DNA from: an uncultured Syntrophaceae bacterium
GTDB lineage: Bacteria > Desulfobacterota > Syntrophia > Syntrophales > UBA6109
Reading direction: 5' to 3'
DNA: 64,000 nucleotides
NCBI GenBank assembly: GCA_964506465.1
Contig: CAZDLM010000002.1
Coordinates: forward strand, 92,636 to 156,635
Of this stretch, positions 19,897 through 28,889 are shown one piece after another (position 1 is the stretch's first letter; each line of letters opens with the position of its first letter). The notes beneath the pieces are model-generated. The model saw only the letters and a program-made list of their open reading frames with translations. It made no database searches and was not told the DNA's origin. The position numbers were made by a program, and so were the translations under genes.

Positions 19897-22560
19897 ATGC
19901 GGCTGAAAATTCGCATCTGTCTGGCCCTTGTCCTGCTTCTTGTGCTGACGGCCCTGCCCGGGCGTGCAGCCGGAATGCAGGAGGTTCTGCGCGCAACGCT
20001 GGACAACGGGCTCCGCGTGGTGATCGTAAGAAACACGCTGGCCCCCGTGGTCACGACGCAGATGAATTATCTCGCGGGATCGAACGAGGCGCCGGAGGGA
20101 TTTCCGGGCACGGCGCACGCCCTGGAGCACATGATGTTCCGTGGCAGCCCCGGATTGTCCGCCGAACAGCTTGCCAACATCATTGCGCTCACCGGCGGTC
20201 AGTTCAACGCCGACACCCAGCAAACCGTCACGCAGTACTACTTCACTGTTTCCCGGGATCAGCTCGATACGGCGCTTCATGTGGAAGCGGTGCGCATGCG
20301 CGGGCTGCTCTGCTCGGAGGACCTGTGGAAACAGGAACGCGGCGCCATCGAGCAGGAAGTGGCGCGGGACCTTTCGAGCCCGGAATACATCCTTTCCATG
20401 AAGCTCCTCGAAGGGCTCTTTTCGGGGACGCCTTATGCACACGACGCCCTCGGCACGCGTCCGTCCTTCCAGCGGACGACGGGCGCGATGCTCAAGGAGT
20501 TCTACGACCGGTGGTATGCGCCGAACAATGCGGTCCTGGTCATCGCCGGCGACGTCGATCCGCAGAAGACCCTGGCGAAGGTCCGGGAACTTTTCGAGCC
20601 GATCCCGCGCCGGACGATACCGGCCAGGCCGGCCGTCGAACTGAAACCCCTGGCGCCCGCAGCCCTGGCGCTGGATACGGATCTGCCTTACGGTCTCGCG
20701 GTAGTCGCCTACCGTCTTCCCGGCTTCGACAGCGAGGACTTCGCGGCGGGCCTGATCCTGGCGGATGTGCTGGACAGCCGGCGGGGAAACCTCTACGCCC
20801 TCGTTCCCGAGGGAAAGGCCCTTTACACGAATTTCGAAGTCGACGCGCTTCCGAAGGCGGGATTCGGGAATGCCGTGGCGGCCTATCCGCACGGCGGCGA
20901 CGGAAACGCCCTCGTGACCGCCATCAAAGACACCATCGCCGGGTATGTGAGGGACGGCGTGCCCGCGGACCTCGTGGAGGCGGCGAAACGCCACGAAGCG
21001 AACCGGGCCCAGTTCCGGAAGAACTCGGTGCCGGGCCTGGCCAGCGCCTGGTCCCAGGCCGTAGCCGTCGAGGGGAGAACCGCGCCGGACGACGTCATCG
21101 CCGCCGTCGAAAAAGTGACGGCCGATGACGTGAACCGCGTCGCGCGGGAGTATCTCAACAACGACACCGCCATCACCGCCGTTCTCACGCCCCGCCCCGC
21201 GGAAAAGCCCGCGACGTCGAGGGGCTCCGGCAGGGGCGAGTCTTTTGCCCCGGACCGGATGACGTCCGCCGCACTTCCCGACTGGGCGGAGAAAGCCGAC
21301 ACCGTCCCCGCCCTGCCGCCGTCGAAGGTGAAGCCCGTCGTGACACGGCTTTCCAACGGGATTCGGCTGATCGTCCAGACCGAAAGCATCAGCCCCACGG
21401 TCACCGTCATCGGCCGGGTGAAGAACAACACGCATCTCAGCGAGCCGGCCGGCAAGGAGGGGGTCTCTTCCATCCTGGAGGACCTCTTCGACTACGGAAC
21501 GGTCTCGCTCGACCGGCTGGCCTTCCAGAAGGCGCAGGACGATATCGGCGCCGATATTTCCGTAGGCACATCTTTTTCCTGCCGCTCGTCATCGGGCCGA
21601 TTCGAGCAGGCCACGAAGCTTCTGGCGGACAATCTGCTGCGGCCCGCCTTGCCCGAAGCCGCCTTCGCCGTCGTCAAGGAGGAGACCATCGCCGCCCTGG
21701 CCGGCCGGATTCGAAGCCCGGGCTATCTTTCGGGACGGGCCCTGCGCGAGGGATTGTTTCCGGAGGCGGATCCGGCGCTCCGTGATGCGACGCCCGGAAC
21801 GGCGGCGGCCGTGTCGCTGCAGGACGTCAAGTCCTACTACCAAAAGGTGTTCCGCCCGGACATGACGACGATCGTCGTGATCGGCGACGTGTCGGCAAAG
21901 CGGGTGCGCGCAGCGATCACGAGATATTTCGGCGCGTGGAAAGCGGCGGGTGTGAGCCCGAAAACCGATCTTCCGGCCGTACCGCCAAACAGGCCGTCGC
22001 TTGCCGCGGTTCCCGACGCAAGCCGCGTTCAGGATGAGGTCGTGCTCGCCGAGACAATCGGCGTGACGCGATCCCACCCCGACTACTACCGGCTGGAGCT
22101 CGGCAACCGCGTGCTGTCCGGCGCCTTCTACGCCTCGCGCCTGTACCGCGATCTGCGCGAAAAGGCCGGCCTGGTCTACACCGTCGGCTCCGTCGTCGAG
22201 GCGGGGAAACACCGTTCGCTTTTCAGGATCGTCTACGGCTGCGATCCGCCCAACGTTGCGAAGGCCAGGGCGATGGTGGAAAAGGATCTCGCCGACATGC
22301 GGACGGACCCGGTGACACCCGAGGAGTTGAAGCGGGCCAAAATCCTGCTGCTTCGGCAGATCGCGCTTTCCGAGGCGAGCACGGACGCTGTCGCCGGGAG
22401 GCTGCTCTCCCTGTCCCTGCAGGACCTGCCTCTCGACGAGACGAGACGCGCCGCCCGGCGATACCGGGATATGACCGCGGCACAGGTGCGCGACGCCTTC
22501 AAGAAATGGATACGCCCTGCGGGGTTTGTCCAGGTCACGGTGGGGCCGAACCCCCAGTAG
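19897..22560 (+). CDS. Secreted M16 (pitrilysin/insulinase) family zinc peptidase, duplicated two-module form
   Basis: HxxEH zinc motif HALEHMMF. Signal peptide LTALPGRAAG. Length fits two M16 active/inactive module pairs. ATG 19897 preferred over TTG 19885. Confidence 0.85.
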   Translation: MRLKIRICLALVLLLVLTALPGRAAGMQEVLRATLDNGLRVVIVRNTLAPVVTTQMNYLAGSNEAPEGFPGTAHALEHMMFRGSPGLSAEQLANIIALTGGQFNADTQQTVTQYYFTVSRDQLDTALHVEAVRMRGLLCSEDLWKQERGAIEQEVARDLSSPEYILSMKLLEGLFSGTPYAHDALGTRPSFQRTTGAMLKEFYDRWYAPNNAVLVIAGDVDPQKTLAKVRELFEPIPRRTIPARPAVELKPLAPAALALDTDLPYGLAVVAYRLPGFDSEDFAAGLILADVLDSRRGNLYALVPEGKALYTNFEVDALPKAGFGNAVAAYPHGGDGNALVTAIKDTIAGYVRDGVPADLVEAAKRHEANRAQFRKNSVPGLASAWSQAVAVEGRTAPDDVIAAVEKVTADDVNRVAREYLNNDTAITAVLTPRPAEKPATSRGSGRGESFAPDRMTSAALPDWAEKADTVPALPPSKVKPVVTRLSNGIRLIVQTESISPTVTVIGRVKNNTHLSEPAGKEGVSSILEDLFDYGTVSLDRLAFQKAQDDIGADISVGTSFSCRSSSGRFEQATKLLADNLLRPALPEAAFAVVKEETIAALAGRIRSPGYLSGRALREGLFPEADPALRDATPGTAAAVSLQDVKSYYQKVFRPDMTTIVVIGDVSAKRVRAAITRYFGAWKAAGVSPKTDLPAVPPNRPSLAAVPDASRVQDEVVLAETIGVTRSHPDYYRLELGNRVLSGAFYASRLYRDLREKAGLVYTVGSVVEAGKHRSLFRIVYGCDPPNVAKARAMVEKDLADMRTDPVTPEELKRAKILLLRQIALSEASTDAVAGRLLSLSLQDLPLDETRRAARRYRDMTAAQVRDAFKKWIRPAGFVQVTVGPNPQ

Positions 22561-22647
22561 GCGTGCGGCAAGCTCAAGGGAAAGAATCTTCGACCCTGTC
22601 TCCGACCATGAAACAGCCAGAGCAAATCCGGAGGCGACTTTCTCCCC

Positions 22648-24102
22648 TTGACGACATGGGCTGCCGGAGGGCGATCCCATGCGGCAAGGCGCCGGATCGG
22701 CCGGCGCGCACGGGAATTCCGCATCAAGGAGGCCGTCACGACAACGGACAAAATCTCGAGCCTGACCACGGGGAGCCTCTGGCGCAACATCTGGCAGCTG
22801 TCGTGGCCCATGCTGCTCATCATGATCTTCAACTTCTTCGTGGGCTTCGCCGACATTTACGTGGCGGGGCGCATCGGCCCCGAGGTCCAGGCGGCGGTCG
22901 GCTTCGTCAGCCTCCTCTACTTCACCGTCATCATCCTTGCCAATGCCATCAGCATCGGGACCGTTGCCCTGGTCTCACGGGCCGTCGGGGCCGGAGATTT
23001 CGGACGGGCGCTCGATGTGGCCAGGCAATCCCTGCTCCTTGGCGGCGCGGTGGCCGTTGCCCTCACCCTCGTCGGCTATCTCTTCGCACGGGAAATCGTC
23101 GCCGCAGTGGGATTCCCGGAAGAGATCCGGGAAATCGCCGGCACATTCCTGCGGATCTTCTCTCTCGGCCTGGGGGCGGAGTACATGCTTATCATCTCGA
23201 ACGCCGTCTTCCGGGCGGGCGGAGACGTGCGGGCGGCCCTGTTGACCATGTTTTTCGCGAGCGTCCTCAACGTCGCCGGGGATTTCCTCCTGGTCTTCGG
23301 ACTTCCGGGCGTTCCGGGCCTGGGATACCCCGGGATCGCGATCGCAACGGCGATGTCGGCCGCCGTCGGGATGGGAACCAGCTTCTTTCTCTTCTTCCGG
23401 GGCCGGTGGCGCTCCCTCTACAGGGGATCCTGGGCGGCGCGTCCGGCGACGATCCGGCAGATCACCGGACTGGGCTGGCCCTCCGCCATGCTGCAGATCG
23501 CCTGGAATGCGGGAACGGTCGTCCTGTACAATATCCTGGGCCGCCTCGGGGAGTACAGCATCACCGCGCTCGCGGCCATTGCCAACGGTCTGCGCATCGA
23601 GGCCGTGATCTTTCTTCCCGCCTTCGCCCTCAACATGTCGGCTTCGGTTCTCATCGGCCAGAATCTCGGCGCCGGCGATCCCGATCGTGCGGAACGGGTC
23701 GGCTGGCGGATCGCCTCGGCAGGCGCGCTGGTCCTGGGCGCGATGGCCGTTGTCGTCTTTATCTGGGCGGAGACCTTTGCCGGCCTCGTGGCGAGGGACC
23801 AGGCGGTGCTGGCGGAGACCGCCCGCTACCTCAGGCTCAACATGCTCGCCCAGCCGTTCATCGCCCTGAGCCTCTCCCTGGGCGGCGGCCTCCAGGGAGC
23901 CGGAGACACCCGCGGGCCGATGTGGGCGATCGTCGTCGCCATGTGGCTGATCCGGCTGCCGCTTGCCTACGGTCTTGCCATCCTTCTGGGGTTCGGCGCC
24001 GTCGGGGTCTGGTGGTCCATGGTGATTTCGATGGCCTGCCAGGGCCTCCTCATGGCCCGGCGATTTGCTTTGGGACGCTGGAAGGAACTTCAACTGAAGT
24101 GA
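22648..24102 (+). CDS. MATE-family efflux transporter
   Basis: 12-TM protein beginning LWRNIWQLSWPMLLIMIFNFFVGFADIYVAG, like NorM/DinF. Exact start uncertain (TTG 22648 is the only upstream in-frame start I see). Confidence 0.85.
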   Translation: MTTWAAGGRSHAARRRIGRRAREFRIKEAVTTTDKISSLTTGSLWRNIWQLSWPMLLIMIFNFFVGFADIYVAGRIGPEVQAAVGFVSLLYFTVIILANAISIGTVALVSRAVGAGDFGRALDVARQSLLLGGAVAVALTLVGYLFAREIVAAVGFPEEIREIAGTFLRIFSLGLGAEYMLIISNAVFRAGGDVRAALLTMFFASVLNVAGDFLLVFGLPGVPGLGYPGIAIATAMSAAVGMGTSFFLFFRGRWRSLYRGSWAARPATIRQITGLGWPSAMLQIAWNAGTVVLYNILGRLGEYSITALAAIANGLRIEAVIFLPAFALNMSASVLIGQNLGAGDPDRAERVGWRIASAGALVLGAMAVVVFIWAETFAGLVARDQAVLAETARYLRLNMLAQPFIALSLSLGGGLQGAGDTRGPMWAIVVAMWLIRLPLAYGLAILLGFGAVGVWWSMVISMACQGLLMARRFALGRWKELQLK

Positions 24103-24164
24103 AGTCGGAAAGCCGGCTTTTCACGGCGGGCGCCGTGGAAGGGAATTGCCGGAAGGAGGAACCT

Positions 24165-25379
24165 ATGCTGAAGCTTTTCAATTCGCTCGGGAAACGAATG
24201 GAGGATTTTCATCCCGCCGATGAGAAGGCCGTGCGCATCTTCACCTGCGGGCCGTCCGTCTACCAGCGGGCCCACATCGGGAACTTCCGCACCTTCCTGT
24301 TCGAGGACATCCTCGTCCGCTATCTGAGATACTTGGGTTTCCGGGTGGAGAGGGGAATGAACTTCACCGACATCGAAGACAAGGCCATTGCCGAGGCCCG
24401 GAAGAGCGGGCTGACCATCAGCGAACTCACGGAGAAGAACATCGACGAATTTCTCCGGGAAATGAGGCTTCTCGGGATGTCGATGCCCGAGCATATGCCG
24501 CGGGCTTCGGACTGCGTCCATGAGGCCGCAGCCATGATTGGACGTCTCCTCGAGATCGGGACCGCCTACCGGCACGGCGGCAACGTCTACTTCGACCCCC
24601 TGAAGTTTCCGGGCTTCGGAAAGCTCTTCGGCCTCGACATGAGCCGCTGGCCGACGCGCAAGAGGCGGTTTCACCGCGACACCTATCCCGGCATCCAGTG
24701 GAACCTGGGCGACTTCATCCTCTGGCACGGATACCGGAAAGGGGACCCCCTGTTCTGGGATACGCCGATCGGACGGGGACGGCCGTCCTGGAACATCCAG
24801 GACCCGAGCATGGTCGCCGCCCACTTTCATGAGACCCTTTCTGTCTACTGCGGCGGCATCGACAACCTCTACCGGCACCACGACTATTCTATCGCCATTC
24901 TCGAGTCGCTCCGGCCCTACCCCGTGGCCCGCTTCTGGCTGCACGGCAATCACCTCCTCGTCGCCGGCAGGAAAATGTCCAAGAGCCGCGGAACCCTCGT
25001 CTACACGGGTGATCTTCTCAGACAGGGGTACGCCGCCGCCGAGATCCGCTTCTTTCTTCTCTACGGACATTACCGGGACAGACTCTCCTATACGGAAAAA
25101 GCCATGGAAGCGGCGGTGGAAAAACTGAGGCGCTTCCAGGAGGAGGTCCGCGAAATATCCGTGAGGGCGGGGCAGGCGTTGCCGGAAGGCGACGCGGCGC
25201 GGTGGATTCGTGAGACGTTCCGGCGCCGCATGGACGATGACCTGGATGTGAAGGGCGCCTTCGACGGCATTTCCCGGGAGCTAACGGTACTGCAACGCGG
25301 AAATCCGGAGCCGGGAGTCGCCGCCGCCGCTGTCGCGGCGCTCCGGGAGATAGACGGGGTGCTGAAGGTGATCTTTTAG
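24165..25379 (+). CDS. Class I aminoacyl-tRNA-synthetase-fold ligase related to CysRS/MshC (405 aa, divergent)
   Basis: Only the 3' part of the artefactual 957-aa ORF 22506..25379. ATG 24165 follows GGAAGGAGGA. MLKLFNSLGKRMEDFHP...FTCGPSVYQRAHIGN (HIGH-type) and KMSKS are present. Aligns end to end with the CysRS catalytic core. Confidence 0.8.
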   Translation: MLKLFNSLGKRMEDFHPADEKAVRIFTCGPSVYQRAHIGNFRTFLFEDILVRYLRYLGFRVERGMNFTDIEDKAIAEARKSGLTISELTEKNIDEFLREMRLLGMSMPEHMPRASDCVHEAAAMIGRLLEIGTAYRHGGNVYFDPLKFPGFGKLFGLDMSRWPTRKRRFHRDTYPGIQWNLGDFILWHGYRKGDPLFWDTPIGRGRPSWNIQDPSMVAAHFHETLSVYCGGIDNLYRHHDYSIAILESLRPYPVARFWLHGNHLLVAGRKMSKSRGTLVYTGDLLRQGYAAAEIRFFLLYGHYRDRLSYTEKAMEAAVEKLRRFQEEVREISVRAGQALPEGDAARWIRETFRRRMDDDLDVKGAFDGISRELTVLQRGNPEPGVAAAAVAALREIDGVLKVIF

Positions 25380-25506
25380 GCCTATCCGCCAAAGAAAAGA
25401 GGCGGTATCCGCAAGGATCTCCGCCTCCCGTTCTTTCTCCAAACTTCGCAACGGTCCGCCCCGCGACTTCGGTCGCATGCGGCGTCCGTCCCCTTCCTTC
25501 AGACGT

Positions 25507-25800
25507 CTATGCCGGGGGCAATTCGGTCTTCCCCTCGCGGAAAGCCTCCACGCCCGTTTCGACGGCCTTCTTAAGCCTCTTCTTGTTCTCCATGAGCAGT
25601 TCCTTCTCGCGCGTCGCCAGTTCTTCGATCTTCCGCCGCTTCTCCTCGTACTGAGCCTTCGCCTTTTCCAGGAGGTCACGCGTCGTCCTGCCGATCTCCT
25701 CCCGCGTCTCTCTTCCGCTCTTGGGAGCATAGAGGATGCCCAGTGCGGCTCCGATCAAGCTGCCGATCAGGAATCCCTTGATGCAATCTTCCGCTGCCAT
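25507..25800 (-). CDS. YtxH-domain protein
   Basis: ORF trimmed to ATG (complement 25798-25800). GFLIGSLIGAALGILYAPKSGRETREEI followed by a charged helical tail. Confidence 0.75.
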   Translation of the reverse strand: MAAEDCIKGFLIGSLIGAALGILYAPKSGRETREEIGRTTRDLLEKAKAQYEEKRRKIEELATREKELLMENKKRLKKAVETGVEAFREGKTELPPA

Positions 25801-26009
25801 AGAGTTCTCTCCTTTCTGATGTCCATGATTTTCTCTGAAGAATTCCGTTACGCTTATCTTATGGGTGTGTCCGGCCGAACACAACACGGACTGATTGTGG
25901 GCCTATTGGCAGGAAGGATCTACCATTGTCACGACAGGACTTGTGCCGCCCTCCTTCGCCGGGAAGCGAGAGCCTGATCGGGGCAAAGGACATTATCGGA
26001 ATGATTTCG

Positions 26010-26038
26010 TTGACATATGCTGTCAGAAAGACTACAGT
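26010..26038 (+). promoter_or_regulatory. Candidate sigma70 promoter of the MinD-like operon, -35 overlapped by a small inverted repeat
   Basis: TTGACA (26010-26015), 17-nt spacer, TACAGT (26033-26038). TGACA-TATGC-TGTCA inverted repeat at 26011-26025. Confidence 0.4.
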
Positions 26039-26154
26039 GTCGCCGACGTCTTTTCTTCGTGCCGCGGGAGCGCCGGCTTCCGCGGGCGATTCTCGGGGAT
26101 TTCTCGGACTCGGCAGGCAGACCGGCAAACCTGACTGACCGAAAAGGGAGCGCG

Positions 26155-27093
26155 ATGGAAAACGCTGCACCCTGCATATGGCCCATCGGCGGCGGGAAGG
26201 GCGGGACGGGAAAGAGCTTCTTCACCGGCAGCCTCGGCATTCTGCTCGCGAAGCTCGGCTGCCGGACGCTTCTCGTCGATCTGGACCTGGGCGCGGCAAA
26301 TCTGCACACGATCATCGGCCTTCCCCATGCGGAAAAGAGCCTCTCGGACTTCATTCGGAAGAAAGTGACGTGCCTCGAAGAGACCGTCGTTCCGACCCCC
26401 GTTCCCAATCTCTATCTGATCAGCGGTGCGATGAACGCCCTCGACATCGCCAATCTCGCCCACGAACAGAAGGCGAAGATCCTGAGGAACATCGCAAAAC
26501 TGCCCTACGATTTCATCCTCCTCGACCTCGGCGCCGGGACCTCCTTCAACACGATCGACTTCTTTCTCCTGTCCGACTCGGGCATCTTCCTCACCACGCC
26601 GGAGCCGACTTCCATCGAAAACATCTACCGGCTGATCCGCTCCGTCTATTTCCGGAAGATCCGCCAGATCCTGAAGGCGCATTCTTTCAAGATCCTGGCC
26701 GAGGAGGCGCAGCAGCGGAATGAAAAAGCCACCGTCAGCAACCCCGGTCTGCTGCTGGCGATGGTGAAGGAACTGGACCCGGAAAAAGGAATGCTCCTCG
26801 AGCGGACGATGGAAGCCTTTTCCTTCAGACTGGCGGTGAACCAGTTCCGCAAGCAGGACAACCCTCATCTGGGAGAGCTGATGTGCGGGATCGTCAGGAA
26901 ACACCTGGGGTTCAAGATCGACTTCATCGGCAACGTCGCTTTTGACGACCGCGTCCACAACGCCGTCTGCAAGACTTCGCCGTTTCTTGAGCTCTACCCC
27001 TACACGCAGACCGCCCTGGACCTCCGGGAATGCTGCCGGCGGCTCCTGCCGGAGAAGGAAGCGCCTTCCGCGGCACAGCGCATTGCGGAGTGA
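26155..27093 (+). CDS. MinD/ParA-family P-loop ATPase (deviant Walker A)
   Basis: ORF trimmed to ATG 26155. IGGGKGGTGKS deviant Walker A with signature Lys. LLVDLDLGAANLHT and FILLDLGAG Walker B-like. Confidence 0.85.
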   Translation: MENAAPCIWPIGGGKGGTGKSFFTGSLGILLAKLGCRTLLVDLDLGAANLHTIIGLPHAEKSLSDFIRKKVTCLEETVVPTPVPNLYLISGAMNALDIANLAHEQKAKILRNIAKLPYDFILLDLGAGTSFNTIDFFLLSDSGIFLTTPEPTSIENIYRLIRSVYFRKIRQILKAHSFKILAEEAQQRNEKATVSNPGLLLAMVKELDPEKGMLLERTMEAFSFRLAVNQFRKQDNPHLGELMCGIVRKHLGFKIDFIGNVAFDDRVHNAVCKTSPFLELYPYTQTALDLRECCRRLLPEKEAPSAAQRIAE

Positions 27094-27117
27094 TTTCCTC
27101 GGAGGGGCAAGGGGCAC

Positions 27118-27768
27118 ATGAAAGACTTTCGGAAGCAGAACTACTACGAAAAACTGGAGATCGCCCCCGACGCATCGCCGCTGGAAATCCGCCGCGCCTA
27201 CAAGAGGGCCTTCGAACTCTACCAGGGCCAGTCCATCGCGAGCTATTCCTTCTTCTCGGAAGAGGAGCGCCGGGAGATTCTCGCCGGGATCGAAGAGGCC
27301 TATTTCGCGTTGAGCGACCCGGAAGCGAGGACGGCCTACGACCGCAGCCTGATCGCGGCAGGCCTGATGACGGAGGAAAGCCGATACCGGGATAGAGCGA
27401 AAGAGCCCGTTCCCATCTACGATTTCCAGAAAAAGGGCGCGGGCGTTTCCCCGCCGGGCCGCCGCACGGAGGAACTGCGGGACCTCGCTTCGCGAAACCC
27501 GGCGATCCGGGAGATCCTTGCCCGGGACGTGCTGACGGGCGAAGACCTCCAGCGGATCAGAACGGCGTTGGCGGTGCCCCTGGAAGAGATCGCCGAAAAG
27601 ACCAACATCCGGATCGACATCCTGCGGGACATCGAAGCGGGAAACATCGAGAGGCTGCCGCCGCCGGTCTATCTGAAGGGTTTCCTGAAGTCTTACGCAC
27701 GCTGCCTTGCCGTCGACGAAAACGCCATCGCCGAGGGTTACAGGAGAGGCATGGAAAAGAACGGTTAG
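27118..27768 (+). CDS. J-like domain (no HPD) fused to a RodZ-type helix-turn-helix domain
   Basis: N-terminus NYYEKLEIAPDASPLEIRRAYKRAFELYQGQS ... EAYFALSDPEARTAYDRSL has J-domain helices, but HPD is replaced. C-terminus LEEIAEKTNIRIDILRDIEAGNIERLPPPVYLKGFLKSYARCL matches the RodZ N-terminal HTH pattern. Confidence 0.75.
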   Translation: MKDFRKQNYYEKLEIAPDASPLEIRRAYKRAFELYQGQSIASYSFFSEEERREILAGIEEAYFALSDPEARTAYDRSLIAAGLMTEESRYRDRAKEPVPIYDFQKKGAGVSPPGRRTEELRDLASRNPAIREILARDVLTGEDLQRIRTALAVPLEEIAEKTNIRIDILRDIEAGNIERLPPPVYLKGFLKSYARCLAVDENAIAEGYRRGMEKNG

Positions 27769-27802
27769 TCTTCAGCGCGACGCGCTCCGAGGAAAAGGAC
27801 GA

Positions 27803-28669
27803 ATGGCGGAAGACGGGAAGAAAGACGGCGATCTCCAGCAGGAACTCGAGAGCCTGTACGAAAAAGTCGCCAGCGTCGATCCGCAGGAGGATGACCGGAA
27901 ATCGAAGCCCGGCATCGCCGAGTTCGAGGAGCCTGAAGAAACGGGGCCATGGGATCCTCCCGGAAGGGGATTCCGGCTGGACGATAGACTCCGCGCCTTC
28001 TGGACCGCCCCACCCTATCCGGGGATTCTCATCTGTGTTTTTCTTCTCCTCGGATCGGTCGGGATTGTGCTGTGGCCCTCTCTCTACCATTACGACGCGA
28101 TAGATCCCGGAAACGGCGCCTATCCCCTGAGGGTCAACCGCCTGACGGGCGAGGCGACCTATTACGACGGCGGCAAGTGGACCAAGCCGCCGATCGCCGC
28201 GAAGGCGCGCAAACCCGAACCGTCCGGGCTGAAAGCCCCTCCCGCCGCCGCATCGCCGCCACCCGTACCGCCTCTGGAAAGGACCGCCGCACCGTTGCCG
28301 GTCTCCGCCCAGCCGCCCGCGGCGCAGGCGCCGCCGCCGCCCACGGAAAAGCGGGCGGAGGCCCGTCCGGCCACTCCCCCGGCGCCGGCTGCCCGCAAAG
28401 ACGTCCATCAGGCGCCCTACGCGATCCAGATCCGCGCTTTCCCGGAAGCGCGAAAAAAAGAGGCCCTGGCGTTCCTGGAAAAACTCGCGAAGGAAAGACC
28501 GGACGTCTTCCTGGAAATCGTTTCTCTCGGCACGAAAGGCGTCTGGCACAGAGTCCTGATCGGCGCCTTCGCCACAAAGGAAGAGGCCTCCGCCTACCGC
28601 AAGAAGACATCCCTCTCCAGCTCATTCCCCGACAGCTTCATCCAGAAGAGGACCGGGGAAAGACCCTGA
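27803..28669 (+). CDS. Membrane-anchored Pro/Ala-rich protein with C-terminal SPOR domain
   Basis: ORF trimmed to ATG 27803. One TM helix (ILICVFLLLGSVGIVLW) and a PA-rich linker. SPOR-like YAIQIRAFPEARKKEALAFLEKL...WHRVLIGAFATKEEASAY. Confidence 0.75.
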   Translation: MAEDGKKDGDLQQELESLYEKVASVDPQEDDRKSKPGIAEFEEPEETGPWDPPGRGFRLDDRLRAFWTAPPYPGILICVFLLLGSVGIVLWPSLYHYDAIDPGNGAYPLRVNRLTGEATYYDGGKWTKPPIAAKARKPEPSGLKAPPAAASPPPVPPLERTAAPLPVSAQPPAAQAPPPPTEKRAEARPATPPAPAARKDVHQAPYAIQIRAFPEARKKEALAFLEKLAKERPDVFLEIVSLGTKGVWHRVLIGAFATKEEASAYRKKTSLSSSFPDSFIQKRTGERP

Positions 28670-28686
28670 GCTCCCCCGCTCCCAGG

Positions 28687-28773
28687 TTGTTCAGGAATGC
28701 CCGGATGCAAGGCTCCCGATGGCCTGAACCGTGAGGCGTACTGGGATGTACGCCGAACGGTGAAGGACGAGGG
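28687..28773. repeat. REP-like palindromic repeat, copy 1
   Basis: About 87 nt shared with 28890-28975. Identical 38-nt core GCCCGGATGCAAGGCTCCCGATGGCCTGAACCGTGAG. Hairpin CCGT-GAG-GCGTAC-TGGGAT-GTACGC-CGA-ACGG. Confidence 0.7.
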
Positions 28774-28889
28774 TCCTGCGATCCCCAGGGAAGAAAAAGT
28801 GGGGCTTCATTCGCTCCCTCGTCCCGCGGTAAGATTCGCGGGACTCGCTTGCTGTCGGATTCAACAGCCTCCCATCTTGAATTCCAGAC

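Noticed and set aside
22506-24164. First two thirds of the 957-aa ORF 22506..25379
   Set aside because: This part overlaps the MATE gene in another frame and is Arg/Gly/Pro-rich nonsense. Only the segment from ATG 24165, which has its own RBS, has CysRS-like sequence.
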